From NCBI GenBank assembly GCA_044355055.1, contig JBIKYW010000001.1, forward strand, positions 1 through 25,705: 25,705 nucleotides of DNA, read 5' to 3'. Position numbers and translations under genes: made by a program. Positions 8,925 to 18,300 of the stretch are shown piece by piece; positions within the stretch are counted from its first letter, which is position 1; each line of letters starts with the position of its first letter. The stretch is from Planctomycetota bacterium. GTDB taxonomy: Bacteria > Planctomycetota > UBA1135 > GCA-002686595. The notes below the pieces were generated by a model. That model was not told where the DNA came from, did no database searches, and saw only the letters and a list, made by a program, of their open reading frames with translations.

Positions 8925-9946
8925 ATCGTCCCGGCCGCGATGGCCTCGCGGATCCACGGGATGACTTCGTCGAGCACGGTATCGAGCGGCGTGGTGGCCT
9001 CGAAGCCGAGCAGGCGCTTCGCCTTGTCGGTGTTCGGCACGCGGTGCTGCACGTCGTGCGCGAAGCCGGGGTCGCTGACGTAGCGGAACGGCTTCGTCGG
9101 ACCGTGGACTTTCTTCCAGATCATCTCCGCCAGCTCGAGCACGGTCGTCGCGCGCGGCGTCGAGACGTTGAAGTCCTCGTCGAGCGCCGCCGGATGCTCC
9201 ATGCACACACGGATTCCGCGCGCGACGTCGCCCCCGTAGGTGTAGCAGCGCACTTGCTGGCCATCGCCGAGGATGTGCAGCGGATCCTGTCCGCGCAGGA
9301 CTTTTTGCACGATGTCCGGCACGACGTGGCTGAGCGCGAGCTTGACGTTGCCGCTCATGACCTCGTGCTCGCCGAGTGCGCGGCTCTCGCCGACGCCGAC
9401 GCAGTTGAAGGGCCGCACGATCGTCGTCGGCAGGCCGTACTGCTCGCGCGCGCCCTTCGCAAAGTACTCACAGGCGAGCTTTTGGAAGCCGTAGGTCGAG
9501 AACGGCGGGGGACAGCGCAGCTGCTCGCCCTCGGGGGTGGGGAAGACCGTCGCATTCTCGTACACCATCGACGACGAGAGCAGCGTGACCTTCTGCAGAC
9601 GCCCGCCATTCTTGCGTGTCGCGATCGCCGCGTCGTACGCGCCGGCGATGATGCGCTCGTTCTCGGCGATCAGGTCGTAGGCGTAGGTGTGGAAGTACGA
9701 GATGCCGCCGATCATCGCGGCCGCGGCGACGAAGTGGTCGCAGTCGGCGAGGAGCCGCGTGAGCAGCTCCACGTCCTTCGCGTTGCCTTCGACGAGCCGG
9801 AAGCGCGGGTGGCGGTCGTAGCTCTTCGCGACGCGGCCGTACTTCGAGAAGTTGTCGAGCCCGACGACGTCGTGGCCGTGGGCGAGAAGCTCCTCGACGA
9901 GGTAGCCGCAGATGAAGCCGTTGGAGCCGGTGACGAGGACCTTCAT
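8921..9946 (-). CDS. NAD-dependent nucleotide-sugar epimerase/dehydratase/decarboxylase (extended SDR), 341 aa
   Basis: MKVLVTGSNGFICG Rossmann motif, LSSSMVY, YGFQK (YxxxK), RPFNCVG, GDGQQVRCYTY. Start coupled to the upstream stop (ATGA 9943-9946). Confidence 0.92.
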   Translation of the reverse strand: MKVLVTGSNGFICGYLVEELLAHGHDVVGLDNFSKYGRVAKSYDRHPRFRLVEGNAKDVELLTRLLADCDHFVAAAAMIGGISYFHTYAYDLIAENERIIAGAYDAAIATRKNGGRLQKVTLLSSSMVYENATVFPTPEGEQLRCPPPFSTYGFQKLACEYFAKGAREQYGLPTTIVRPFNCVGVGESRALGEHEVMSGNVKLALSHVVPDIVQKVLRGQDPLHILGDGQQVRCYTYGGDVARGIRVCMEHPAALDEDFNVSTPRATTVLELAEMIWKKVHGPTKPFRYVSDPGFAHDVQHRVPNTDKAKRLLGFEATTPLDTVLDEVIPWIREAIAAGTI

Positions 9947-11130
9947 ACGACAGAGATTCCGACCTTCGTGATGTTCCAGATGTCGAGGACCGTCTTGCCC
10001 TTGAAGTCGGTCGAGCGGTACTCCGTGTGCGGAGTGCCGATGAACAGGAGCTCGCAGCGCGCGATGGCCTCGTCGGTGCTCACGAAGCGCTCGTCAGCGA
10101 CGAACGGATCGCTGCAGAGGACCTCGCGGCACTCGCGCTCCAAGATCTTCTTGAGCTTGTAGGCGAGCGATTCACGCGGGTCGTCGCTGTCGCCCTTGAA
10201 GGCCATGCCCAGGATGCCGACGCTCATCTCGCGCAGCGGCCAGCGCAGCAGAGCGCGCCGCACGAGGTAGTTCGGCAGACCTTCGTTCACGAGCATCGCC
10301 GAGTGACCGAGGAAGAACGCGTTGTTGTGGAACGACGCGATCTGCATCGTGTCCTTGAACAGGCACGGCCCCGCGGCGAAACCGGCCTTCGGAAAGGCCT
10401 TGGCGCGCGGGTACTTCTCCGTCATCGCGCGGTGGATCTCGTAGAAGTCGAGTCCATGCTCGTTCGCGATCATGAAGAACTGGTTCGCGGTCGCGAACTG
10501 GATGTAGCGCCACGTGTTGTTGAAGAGCTTGGTGAGCTCCGCCGCGCGCGGCTGCATCTCGATCACGTCCGGCGTGAGCGTTCGGAAGAGCTCGGCCGCG
10601 CGCTCCTTCGCGCGCTCGCTCGTGCCCGAGACGATTTGCGGCAGAGTCGAGATCTCTTCGAGCGCCACTCCCTCGGCCACGCGCTCAGGGCAGAACGCGA
10701 CGTCGACCTCGATACCCTCGCGCTCGAGCGCCGCCGCGATGCGCTCCGTCGTTCCGGGGTACACGGTGCTGCGCAGCACCAAGAGCTGCCCCTTGCGCAG
10801 GAACGTGCGGTCGGCCGCGATCAGGTCGTCGTAGACCTCGAAGCGCGGATTCAGGTGCTCGTCGAGCGGCGTGCCGATGACCGTGATCACGATCTCGGCC
10901 GTCTCCAAGCAGCTCTTGTCCGTCGTGCACGTGAACGAGCCATCGGCCAGCACCTTGGGCAGCAGCTCATCCGCGCCCTTGTCCGCGAAGGGCATCCGCC
11001 CCGCGTTCGTCTCCGCGACCTTCTTCGCGTCGATGTCGAGCCCGACCACGCGGTGCCCCGCGCGCGCGAGCGCGAGCCCGAGCGGCAGGCCAACGTGCCC
11101 GCAGCCCCCGATGATGACGATCTTGCTCAT
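9943..11130 (-). CDS. Nucleotide-sugar dehydrogenase (UDP-Glc/GDP-Man/UDP-ManNAc dehydrogenase family), 395 aa
   Basis: Start reassigned to ATG 11130 (MSKIVIIGGCGHVGLP). Motifs IGTP, LRSTVYPGTT, CPERVAEG, AELTKL, GPCLFKD (catalytic Cys), LGMAFKGDSDDPRES. Confidence 0.92.
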   Translation of the reverse strand: MSKIVIIGGCGHVGLPLGLALARAGHRVVGLDIDAKKVAETNAGRMPFADKGADELLPKVLADGSFTCTTDKSCLETAEIVITVIGTPLDEHLNPRFEVYDDLIAADRTFLRKGQLLVLRSTVYPGTTERIAAALEREGIEVDVAFCPERVAEGVALEEISTLPQIVSGTSERAKERAAELFRTLTPDVIEMQPRAAELTKLFNNTWRYIQFATANQFFMIANEHGLDFYEIHRAMTEKYPRAKAFPKAGFAAGPCLFKDTMQIASFHNNAFFLGHSAMLVNEGLPNYLVRRALLRWPLREMSVGILGMAFKGDSDDPRESLAYKLKKILERECREVLCSDPFVADERFVSTDEAIARCELLFIGTPHTEYRSTDFKGKTVLDIWNITKVGISVV

Positions 11131-11189
11131 GGATCCGCGCTCCATCCTACGAGGTTCTCCATACTGCCGGGTCTCCGCATTCTGCGTGG

Positions 11190-11545
11190 GGCGGCAGAGC
11201 GTCCTGGGAGATCGACCGCCCCGCGAAGATTTTGCTGGATCGAGCGAGCCCCGCGCTCGTCGGCCGCGCTCGTGACCTCGATTTTCCTGCTCTCCGTACG
11301 AGTCGCGACCACCTTCTGCGGGTCTACGTGGAGGACCTTGGCCTCACCGAGCGCTTGCGCGTGGCCAGCGGGCCGTTTCTCACTCGCGGCGCGGCTTCGA
11401 AGGGGTTCTTGCTTCGATCCCGATGTCGCGGGCGTACGACCGCTCCTAGTTCGCCAGCCTGCACGCCGACGAACTCCGTGCGCTGCGCGCTGAGTTCGTG
11501 GCAAAGCGTCTCGAACTCGGGCATTCACTCGGAGATCACCCTTGA
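11190..11545 (+). pseudogene. Possible decayed gene remnant (one frameshift and one internal stop); family not recognised
   Basis: Removing one copy of the tandem GCGGC (11386-11390/11391-11395) joins two protein-like frames: ...WEIDRPAKILLDRASPALVGRARDLDFPALRTSRDHLLRVYVEDLGLTERLRVASGPFLTRGFEGVLASIPMSRAYDRS*FASLHADELRALRAEFVAKRLELGHSLGDHP*. The internal TAG is at 11447-11449. Confidence 0.3.
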
Positions 11546-11661
11546 GGCACGCGCGAAGTCGCGCGTGTGACTTCCGACGGCCATCGCCTCGTTTCTGGCC
11601 AGCGGCGTGAGTCCGCCTCGGTGCTTGCAAGCGCTCAGCCCCGAGCGCAGCAGTCCACCGT

Positions 11662-12756
11662 TCAGTCGCAGATCCAGCGCATCAGATCTTCGATGCCGCG
11701 CACGCGACGCCGATCCATCCACGCGAGCAGCGGCGCGCATAGGATGAGGAACGCGAGCGCCAGCGCGAGGGCCGGTCCAGCTGCCAGCGCCTGTTGCCAG
11801 TACTGCGTCGTCTCCTCGCCGCGCGCCATCGCGAGCCACCACAGCGGCCACAGGTGCACGACGTGGTGGAGCACGTAGAGCGTAAAGGCGTGGCGGCTGT
11901 AGCGGCCGATCCAGACGGAGAGGCGCGGCCGAGCTTCGGCTCTGGGCGAGTCGAGCCAGAGCCACGCTGCAGCGAAGAAGAGGAGCGTGACGCCGAGCGT
12001 ACCGGTGACGAACTCGGGCGTCGCCGGATAGTTGGTCCAGCCTCCGAGCCAGCGGCCGACGAATCCCGCGCGCAGGTCGGGCCACAGAGCCTCGAGCGCA
12101 AGGGCGGCGAGGCTCGTGGCGAGCAGAGCGGCTCCGAGCTTTGCGCACCACGAGATCCGGCGCGACTGCGCGCCGTTCGCGAACAACACGCTGCCCACGA
12201 TGAAGCCGAGCAGCGGGTAGCACAGCCACGGAAGCAACGGGAAGTAGGCGCTGACCACCATCCCACTGAGAACGTCGGAGAGCGTCGGATCGTGCTCGAA
12301 GTAGCCCGCGCTCCAGAACGCGGCGTAGTCGACGGCCACGCGCGCGGCCGGGCTGATCGCGAACAGGACGGCGCAGGCCCAAGCGCAAGCCGTCAGGCTG
12401 ACGCCGCGTGCCCACTCGAGCATCAAGTAGCCGAAACCGATGAACGTCAGCACGTCCCAGTTGAAGACGTCCTGCGGCATCCAAACCAGCACGTTGAACA
12501 AGAGGCCCGCACCGACGAGGAACAGCCCGCGCCGGACGGTACGGACCCGGATGCGCTCGTCGCTCGCGCCGCGCTCGACCTGACCGTCGAGCCACAGCCG
12601 GTAGCTCAGGCCCGAGAGAAAGGTGAACAGCGGAGCGCCGAAGCCCGAGATCGTCGGTACGACTCCGGAGAGGTTCTCGACGAAGTGCACGACCACCATG
12701 ATCGCGATCGCGGTGGTGCGGACGAGGTCGACGGACTTGATGCGCGCGCTAGTCAA
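11662..12756 (-). CDS. DUF1624/heparan-alpha-glucosaminide N-acetyltransferase-like membrane protein (putative acyltransferase), 364 aa
   Basis: N-terminus RIKSVDLVRTTAIAIMVVVH matches the R..S.D..R..A...M...H signature. Also APLFTFLSGLS, RRGLFL, D(V)LTFIG, YFPLLPW, G..S..(F)TLYVLH, and many TM helices. TTG start overlaps the upstream gene end by 8 nt. Confidence 0.8.
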   Translation of the reverse strand: MTSARIKSVDLVRTTAIAIMVVVHFVENLSGVVPTISGFGAPLFTFLSGLSYRLWLDGQVERGASDERIRVRTVRRGLFLVGAGLLFNVLVWMPQDVFNWDVLTFIGFGYLMLEWARGVSLTACAWACAVLFAISPAARVAVDYAAFWSAGYFEHDPTLSDVLSGMVVSAYFPLLPWLCYPLLGFIVGSVLFANGAQSRRISWCAKLGAALLATSLAALALEALWPDLRAGFVGRWLGGWTNYPATPEFVTGTLGVTLLFFAAAWLWLDSPRAEARPRLSVWIGRYSRHAFTLYVLHHVVHLWPLWWLAMARGEETTQYWQQALAAGPALALALAFLILCAPLLAWMDRRRVRGIEDLMRWICD

Positions 12757-13615
12757 GGCTCCCTCTGCCGAGCATCTCGAGGATCCACAGCACCGTCTGA
12801 GCCGAGAGCAGCACGATGATGATCCATTCGAGCGTGTGCCCGCGACGCGCGAGGGCGAACTCGGTCAGTCGCTGGCCGCACAGCTCGAACACCCGCTCTT
12901 GGGCTTCGAGCCGCGAGCTCGTCGCCTCGAGGCGCTCGGCGAGGCGCAACCGCTCGCGCAGCCGCTCGCCCACTTGGCTCGCCAGAGTCGGAGGATAGAC
13001 CTGCGGCGCAAGGATGCGCGGGGACACGCGCGCCAGGCGGCTGCGCAGGTCGACGAGGGCGACGAAACGTGCCGACAGCTCCGCGCGACGGTGCAGCGCG
13101 CGCTCGTCGAACTCGAAGGCCAGCGGTGCCGCTTGGCGGACCTCTCCCCAGCCGCGCTCGATCGCCATCTCGAGTTCGCGCAGCTCGTGCTCGACGCACG
13201 CGCTCTCGAGCGCCGCGCGCGCGATCAACTCCAGACGCTCGGGACTGGCGCAGACCGCGAGCGCGCGCTCCGTGAGCACCAGCACGGCACCCGGCAGCTG
13301 CAGCACCGTGCCCGGCGTGAGGGGAGTGGCGAAGCGCTCGTTCAAGGCGTCGCGAAGCTCGTGCGCCCACTCGAGCTGCTCGCCTTCGTCGGCGGGCACG
13401 AGCAGCAGGTGCAGCGCGATCTCGGCGTCGTCGAGCGGAGCGAACTCCGCGAGCGTCCGCGGCGCCCGTGTGGCGCGCTCGATCGGCTTGCGATCGCCGG
13501 CTCCGCTCGCCCCTAGGCTCGCAGCCGCGGGGTCGGACAGCGGCACCATGGCGAGCGCCAGCCACCGCGTACCGGGTGAAAAGGAACGCGGAGCCGGTCG
13601 AGTGGGGGAGCTCAT
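12749..13615 (-). CDS. Hypothetical protein with an RMD1/DUF155-like (CorA-like) helical C-terminus and terminal TM helix, 288 aa
   Basis: C-terminal part of track ORF 12749..14980. ATG 13615 overlaps the oxidase stop (ATGA). Helical region ending RGHTLEWIIIVLLSAQTVLWIL resembles the 'LEWIII.LI' end of RMD1/DUF155 proteins. Confidence 0.6.
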   Translation of the reverse strand: MSSPTRPAPRSFSPGTRWLALAMVPLSDPAAASLGASGAGDRKPIERATRAPRTLAEFAPLDDAEIALHLLLVPADEGEQLEWAHELRDALNERFATPLTPGTVLQLPGAVLVLTERALAVCASPERLELIARAALESACVEHELRELEMAIERGWGEVRQAAPLAFEFDERALHRRAELSARFVALVDLRSRLARVSPRILAPQVYPPTLASQVGERLRERLRLAERLEATSSRLEAQERVFELCGQRLTEFALARRGHTLEWIIIVLLSAQTVLWILEMLGRGSLD

Positions 13616-15063
13616 GATGTTGGGAAAGGCGTGTCGGCGCGGGCTGCCAAGTTGCGGGGCGCGCCGTCCCGCGGGCTCGACTGGGCGGCGTGGCCCGTCT
13701 CGAGCCGCAGCGCGAGCGCGTGGGCGACGTAGTGCGCCGACTCCAGTACGCCGTTCAGGGTCGAGTCGAACAAGTAGTCCCCGACGATGTACAGGCTCGG
13801 TCCAGCGGGACCGCAAGGAGCGTGGCGGCGCTCGAGCGGCGCTGGGACCCGCCCGCCCGGCAGCGCGCTCACGCTGCCGATCCAGCGGTGCACACGGCCC
13901 TCGAGGAAGTGGGGGCGGGCTGCGTCGAACGGTGCGGGCAGCGCGTCGAGGGCGCGCTCGACGAGCTGCTCGTCGGGGAGCTCGGCGTGCTGCCGCGCCG
14001 CGTCGCCGCCGAGCAGCCAGCCGAGCACGCCATAGGGCGCTTCCGGGCGGCGCGCGGACTCGTCGTACAGGCAGGCGCCGCCGAACTGGTCGCTCATTCC
14101 GAAGGACTCGTCGAAGGCCGAGCGCCACGGAGCGCAGGAGAACAACAGCGAGATGCGCAGGTAGTTGGCTGGGTGGTCGTAGTGCGCGACATGCCGTCGC
14201 AGTGCGCCGTGCAGCGGCTCGCCCTCGAAGCGCACTTGGCCGAGGCGATCGTGCGGCAGCGCGAGCACGACGTGGTCGAACTCGCGCTCGACCGCGCCGG
14301 CCGGTGAGCGGAAGCCCAGACGCAGTCGCGCGGAGTCGCCCGTCGACACGCTCTCGAGGGTCCAGCTTCGTTGCACGCGGGTGCGCAGGCGCGCCGCCAC
14401 TTCGTGCACGATGCGCTCGTTGCCGCCCTCGATCGCGTACAGGCGCATGTACGCCGGGTCGTTCATCAGATAGTTCTGCAGCCCGTAGCGCAGGTTGGTC
14501 TGGTGCGGCTCCGCCGCCAAGTCGGAGTGGATCAGGTTCTCGATGTAGCGGCGTGCGAGCGGCTCCTCGATGCGCTCGAGCCAGTGCGCGAACTGCGCCG
14601 GAGTCGACTCGTCGGCGAAGCTCTCGGGGAGGTCGGAGTCGTAGAACTGCCGCGGGCTCATCCAGCCGCGCGCCGCGCGGTCGAAGGCCTCGAGCGCGCG
14701 CTGCGCTGCGGCCCCGCCCCGCTCGCGCAGGTCCTCGAGCGTCGAGTAGCGCACGCCGTCGAGCCACACCGAGCCGCCGCCCATGGAGGTGGTGGTCAGG
14801 CCGAGCTCGCTCACCAGCTCGCGCAGCGGGTCCTCGTCGACGGGGGAGTTGTCGTACAGCTCCGCCGCTCCGGCCTCGTAGGGCGCGTCGATGCTGGCAA
14901 AACGCGCCGTCCGCAGCTTGCCGCCGAGGCGCTCGCTCGCTTCGAAGAGAGTCGCCTCGAAGGGCTGCGTCGCGAAGCACTCGAGGCGCTGGGCCGTGAA
15001 CAGCCCGCCCGGTCCACCGCCCACGATGGCCACCCGTGCCACCGGATCCCGCTCTCGTCCCAT
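13612..15063 (-). CDS. FAD-dependent oxidoreductase, flavin amine-oxidase family, 483 aa
   Basis: VAIVGGGPGGLFTA (GxGxxG), FEASERLGGKLRT, EAGAAEL, IEGGNERIV, FDHVVLALP, C-terminal YIVGDYLFDSTLNGVLESA. Confidence 0.85.
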   Translation of the reverse strand: MGRERDPVARVAIVGGGPGGLFTAQRLECFATQPFEATLFEASERLGGKLRTARFASIDAPYEAGAAELYDNSPVDEDPLRELVSELGLTTTSMGGGSVWLDGVRYSTLEDLRERGGAAAQRALEAFDRAARGWMSPRQFYDSDLPESFADESTPAQFAHWLERIEEPLARRYIENLIHSDLAAEPHQTNLRYGLQNYLMNDPAYMRLYAIEGGNERIVHEVAARLRTRVQRSWTLESVSTGDSARLRLGFRSPAGAVEREFDHVVLALPHDRLGQVRFEGEPLHGALRRHVAHYDHPANYLRISLLFSCAPWRSAFDESFGMSDQFGGACLYDESARRPEAPYGVLGWLLGGDAARQHAELPDEQLVERALDALPAPFDAARPHFLEGRVHRWIGSVSALPGGRVPAPLERRHAPCGPAGPSLYIVGDYLFDSTLNGVLESAHYVAHALALRLETGHAAQSSPRDGAPRNLAARADTPFPTS

Positions 15064-15372
15064 CAGCGAGAGGATCCCGTTGCGCGTGCTGAGACCTGTG
15101 GCAAGAGACGGCGGCAGAGGTTCACGCCCGACACAACACCTCGCTCCGGCCAGAGTTCCGGCTTTCCCGGAAAGGCGCGCCTGCGCCGCCGGTCCGAGGT
15201 GGCATCCTCGAGCGCTCCCCGCCCCAAGTCATGTTGACCGGATCGCAGGCACTCCTCGCCCCGACCGCAGGATCCATGCAATCGTGCGGGCGGTGCAAAT
15301 CGCGCCGGCGCTCGACCGGCGGCGGCTGCGCACGCACGCTCGGTCGGCGCCTCGCAACGGCTTTCTGTCGCG

Positions 15373-18300
15373 TCACTTAGGAGGGTGAAGTGGTGAAGCA
15401 GAAAGGCGCAGAGCCCTGGAGGGGCGGAGCCCGAGGTAGGAGTCCCGGAACTCCGGCGTGGAGTTGTCGCGGTACGCCGAGCGCGCGAGCGAGGCGGCGT
15501 TGAGGAAGCTGACGCCGCGGGACACGCGGAAGGAGGAGCCGGACCATGGCGACAAGGGATCCTTGCCGACCCGCTTGCCATAGAATCCCGAGTCGTAGCC
15601 GTCCAAGCACCACTCCCAAACGTTGCCCGCCACTTCGTGCAGCCCGAAACCATTTCCGGGGTAGCTGGGGTTGCCCACGACGCAGTGCACGACGCTGCCA
15701 TCCTCCAGATCGGGCCAGTCGGCAATATCTGGCCAAGTTGCGCCCGCCTTCTTCGCCGTCTGGTCAGCCAAGTTCACCTTGCCCCGCAGGCTCTCGCGCT
15801 CAGGCCCCGTCCACCAAGGCGTCGACGTACCGCCGCGCGCCCCACACTCCCACTGCGCCTCGCTCGGCAGCGACAGGCCCAAGCTAGCCAGCAGTTCAAA
15901 GCACATCGGCCAGCTCACCTGCTCAACCGGATGCTGTAGCGACGGAGCTAATCCGCCCGGCGGTTTGTAGTAACTCGGGTTGGTCGCCGCGATCCGTTGC
16001 CACTGGCCCTGCGTCATCTCGTACTTCGAAAGGAAGTACGGGCTCAGCTCCACCTCGTGCACCGGGCCTTCGTCGTTCGAGGCGGCGGGGTCGTGGTTCT
16101 GCGCGCCCGGCTTGTTCTGCGCGCCCATCCAGAACTTCCCGCCAGGGATCAGCACGAACACCAAGCCCGTCTCCTCGGTCAGCACGAGCTTGCCGTCCGC
16201 GCCGCGCACAGCCGGCTCGCCCGTCTGCACGTGCGCGAACTCCCACAACTGCGAGACCGGGTCCATCCCGATTGGCAGCAAGCCAAGCTGCGGCAGGATC
16301 TCCAGTCCGCCGTACTTCGGCGAAGCCTTGATCGCGGCGATCGCCTCATCCCACAGGCGCTTTGCCTCAGGTCCGTCCACGCTGCGCTCGCCGATCGTTT
16401 GCGCGAACTCATAGCGCTTGGCCACGCCCCAGCCGAAGGGCTCTGCCAGCACGTCGTTCATCAGCCCCGTCTTCGGGTCGCCCAGCTTCTCCAGGTCGCC
16501 GACCAGCTTCGACAGCGAACGGTTCCACCACTCCTGCTCCGGATAGTCGAACTCGTAGGTGCGACGCTCGTCCACCTGCGTCGTCAGTGCGGCGACTTCC
16601 TCCGCCAGCTTGTCGCGCTCCTCGCGGCGTTTCGATGCCTCGTCCCCGCGCCAGGCGGCGACCGCCTTCTCCAGGTCGGCGGCCGACTCCTTCAGCGCGT
16701 CGCCACCCGGTTCCGACAGCGCCGTGCGCACCTCCGACAACGCTGCGTCGAAGCGGCCCACCCGGAACAGCGCCCATGCCAGCGTGTCGCGGATGCCAGA
16801 ACGTTCCTCCTCGCTCGCCGCGTCCACTGCGCGACGCGCCAGCAAGAGCGCGCGCACTTCCTCGCCGTAGACCGGCTTTGCCGGATCCACCAGTGGCCAA
16901 GCGAGCGAGTTCAGCGCGTCGGCGTCCGTAGGCAGCGACTCCTGCGCCAGCTCCGCTTCGACGCTGGCCTCGCTCGGCCAAGGCTCGTCGCCCAACATCC
17001 GCGAGCGCCACAACAGCTCCGCCTCTTTCGTTTGAAGCTCCGCGTACTTCGGATGCGACTCGCGCTCCGCCTGGATCTCGGCCTCGCTCAGCGGCTTCGC
17101 CTGTTGCCGCAACTCCGCGAGCTTCGCCTTGTGCTCTGCGAGGCTCGGGCGCTTCTTGAGGCCCTTCGCTTCGTGCGCCGCACGCCCGTCGATCAACTCG
17201 TTCGCGCGCCGCAGCCAGTCTTCATACGCCGGGATAATCTCCGGATGCGCCGGCCACAGCTTCGCCGCCTCCGCCACCAAGTCGTCGTGATCCTTCTGCG
17301 CCGACAGCGACAGCACGTCGTTCGCTTTTTGCGTCGCCTCGTCGCGCGCGAGCTGCGCGGCGGTAGCGTTGCGTTGCGCTTCCTCGGCGTTGCGTTGCGC
17401 TTCCTCGGCGTTCTTGTTCGCCAGCACCAAGTTGTCCTTCGCCGCGATCTCACCCGCCTCGGCGCGCTGGGTCTGCGCCGCAAGGTCGACGTTCGACTTC
17501 TCCAGCTCGTTCGCCGTCCGCACCTGCTGCACCAAGAGCCCCGAGATCACCGCCAGCGCGATCGTTCCCACCGCCGCCGCCGAGCTCGGGCCGGGATTGC
17601 GCCGCGCCCACTTCACGACCCGCACCAGCGTGCTCGGCGGCCGCGCGTGGATCGGCTCGTCCGCCAAGTGCCGCCGCAGGTCCGCCGCGAATTCCGCCAT
17701 CGTCGGGTAGCGGCGATCGGGATCCTTCTCCAGCGCCTTGCCGCAGATGATCGACAGCTCGCGCGGGCACTGCGAGCGCACCTTCGACGGCTCCGGCGGC
17801 TCGAAGAACAGGATCTTCTGGCTGATCTGGTGCGTCGTGTCGCCCTCGAACGGGCGGCGCAGGCTGAGCAGCTCGTAGAGCACCACGCCCAGGCTGAAGA
17901 TGTCCGTGCGGTGGTCGAGCCCGATGCGCTTCGCCGTCACCTGCTCGGGGCTCATGTACGCGTATGTCCCCGCGAACTCGCCCGTCACCGAGAGGAACGA
18001 GTCGTCGCTCACCCGCGCGAGGCCGAAGTCCGTGAGCTTCGGAGTGTCGTCGCGCGCGATCAGGATGTTCTGCGGCTTGATGTCGCGGTGGATCACGCCC
18101 GCTTGGTGCGCGGCTTCGAGGCCCTCGGCGAGGGCGGCCACCAGCTCCGCCGCGCGCCGGTAGTAGCCCTCGGGCGTGCGATCCTCGGCGCGCAGCTCGT
18201 CGAGGAAGTCCTTGAGCGTCCACGAGCCTTCGACCAGCTCTTGCGCGATCCACGCCGGATCGCCAGAGCCGTTGAAGGCCAGCGTGCGCACGATGCACGG

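Noticed and set aside
146-14980. Long N-terminal extensions of track ORFs 146..2059, 4564..6552, 12749..14980 (and 18618..19247)
   Set aside because: The extensions are low-complexity and overlap other real genes. Internal starts coincide with ATGA couplings or family N-termini.
15082-15120. Faint resemblance on the minus strand to an FGE 'LC...CHR...AR' C-terminal relic upstream of the oxidase
   Set aside because: It needs frameshifts over a very short stretch and cannot be told from chance without a homology search.
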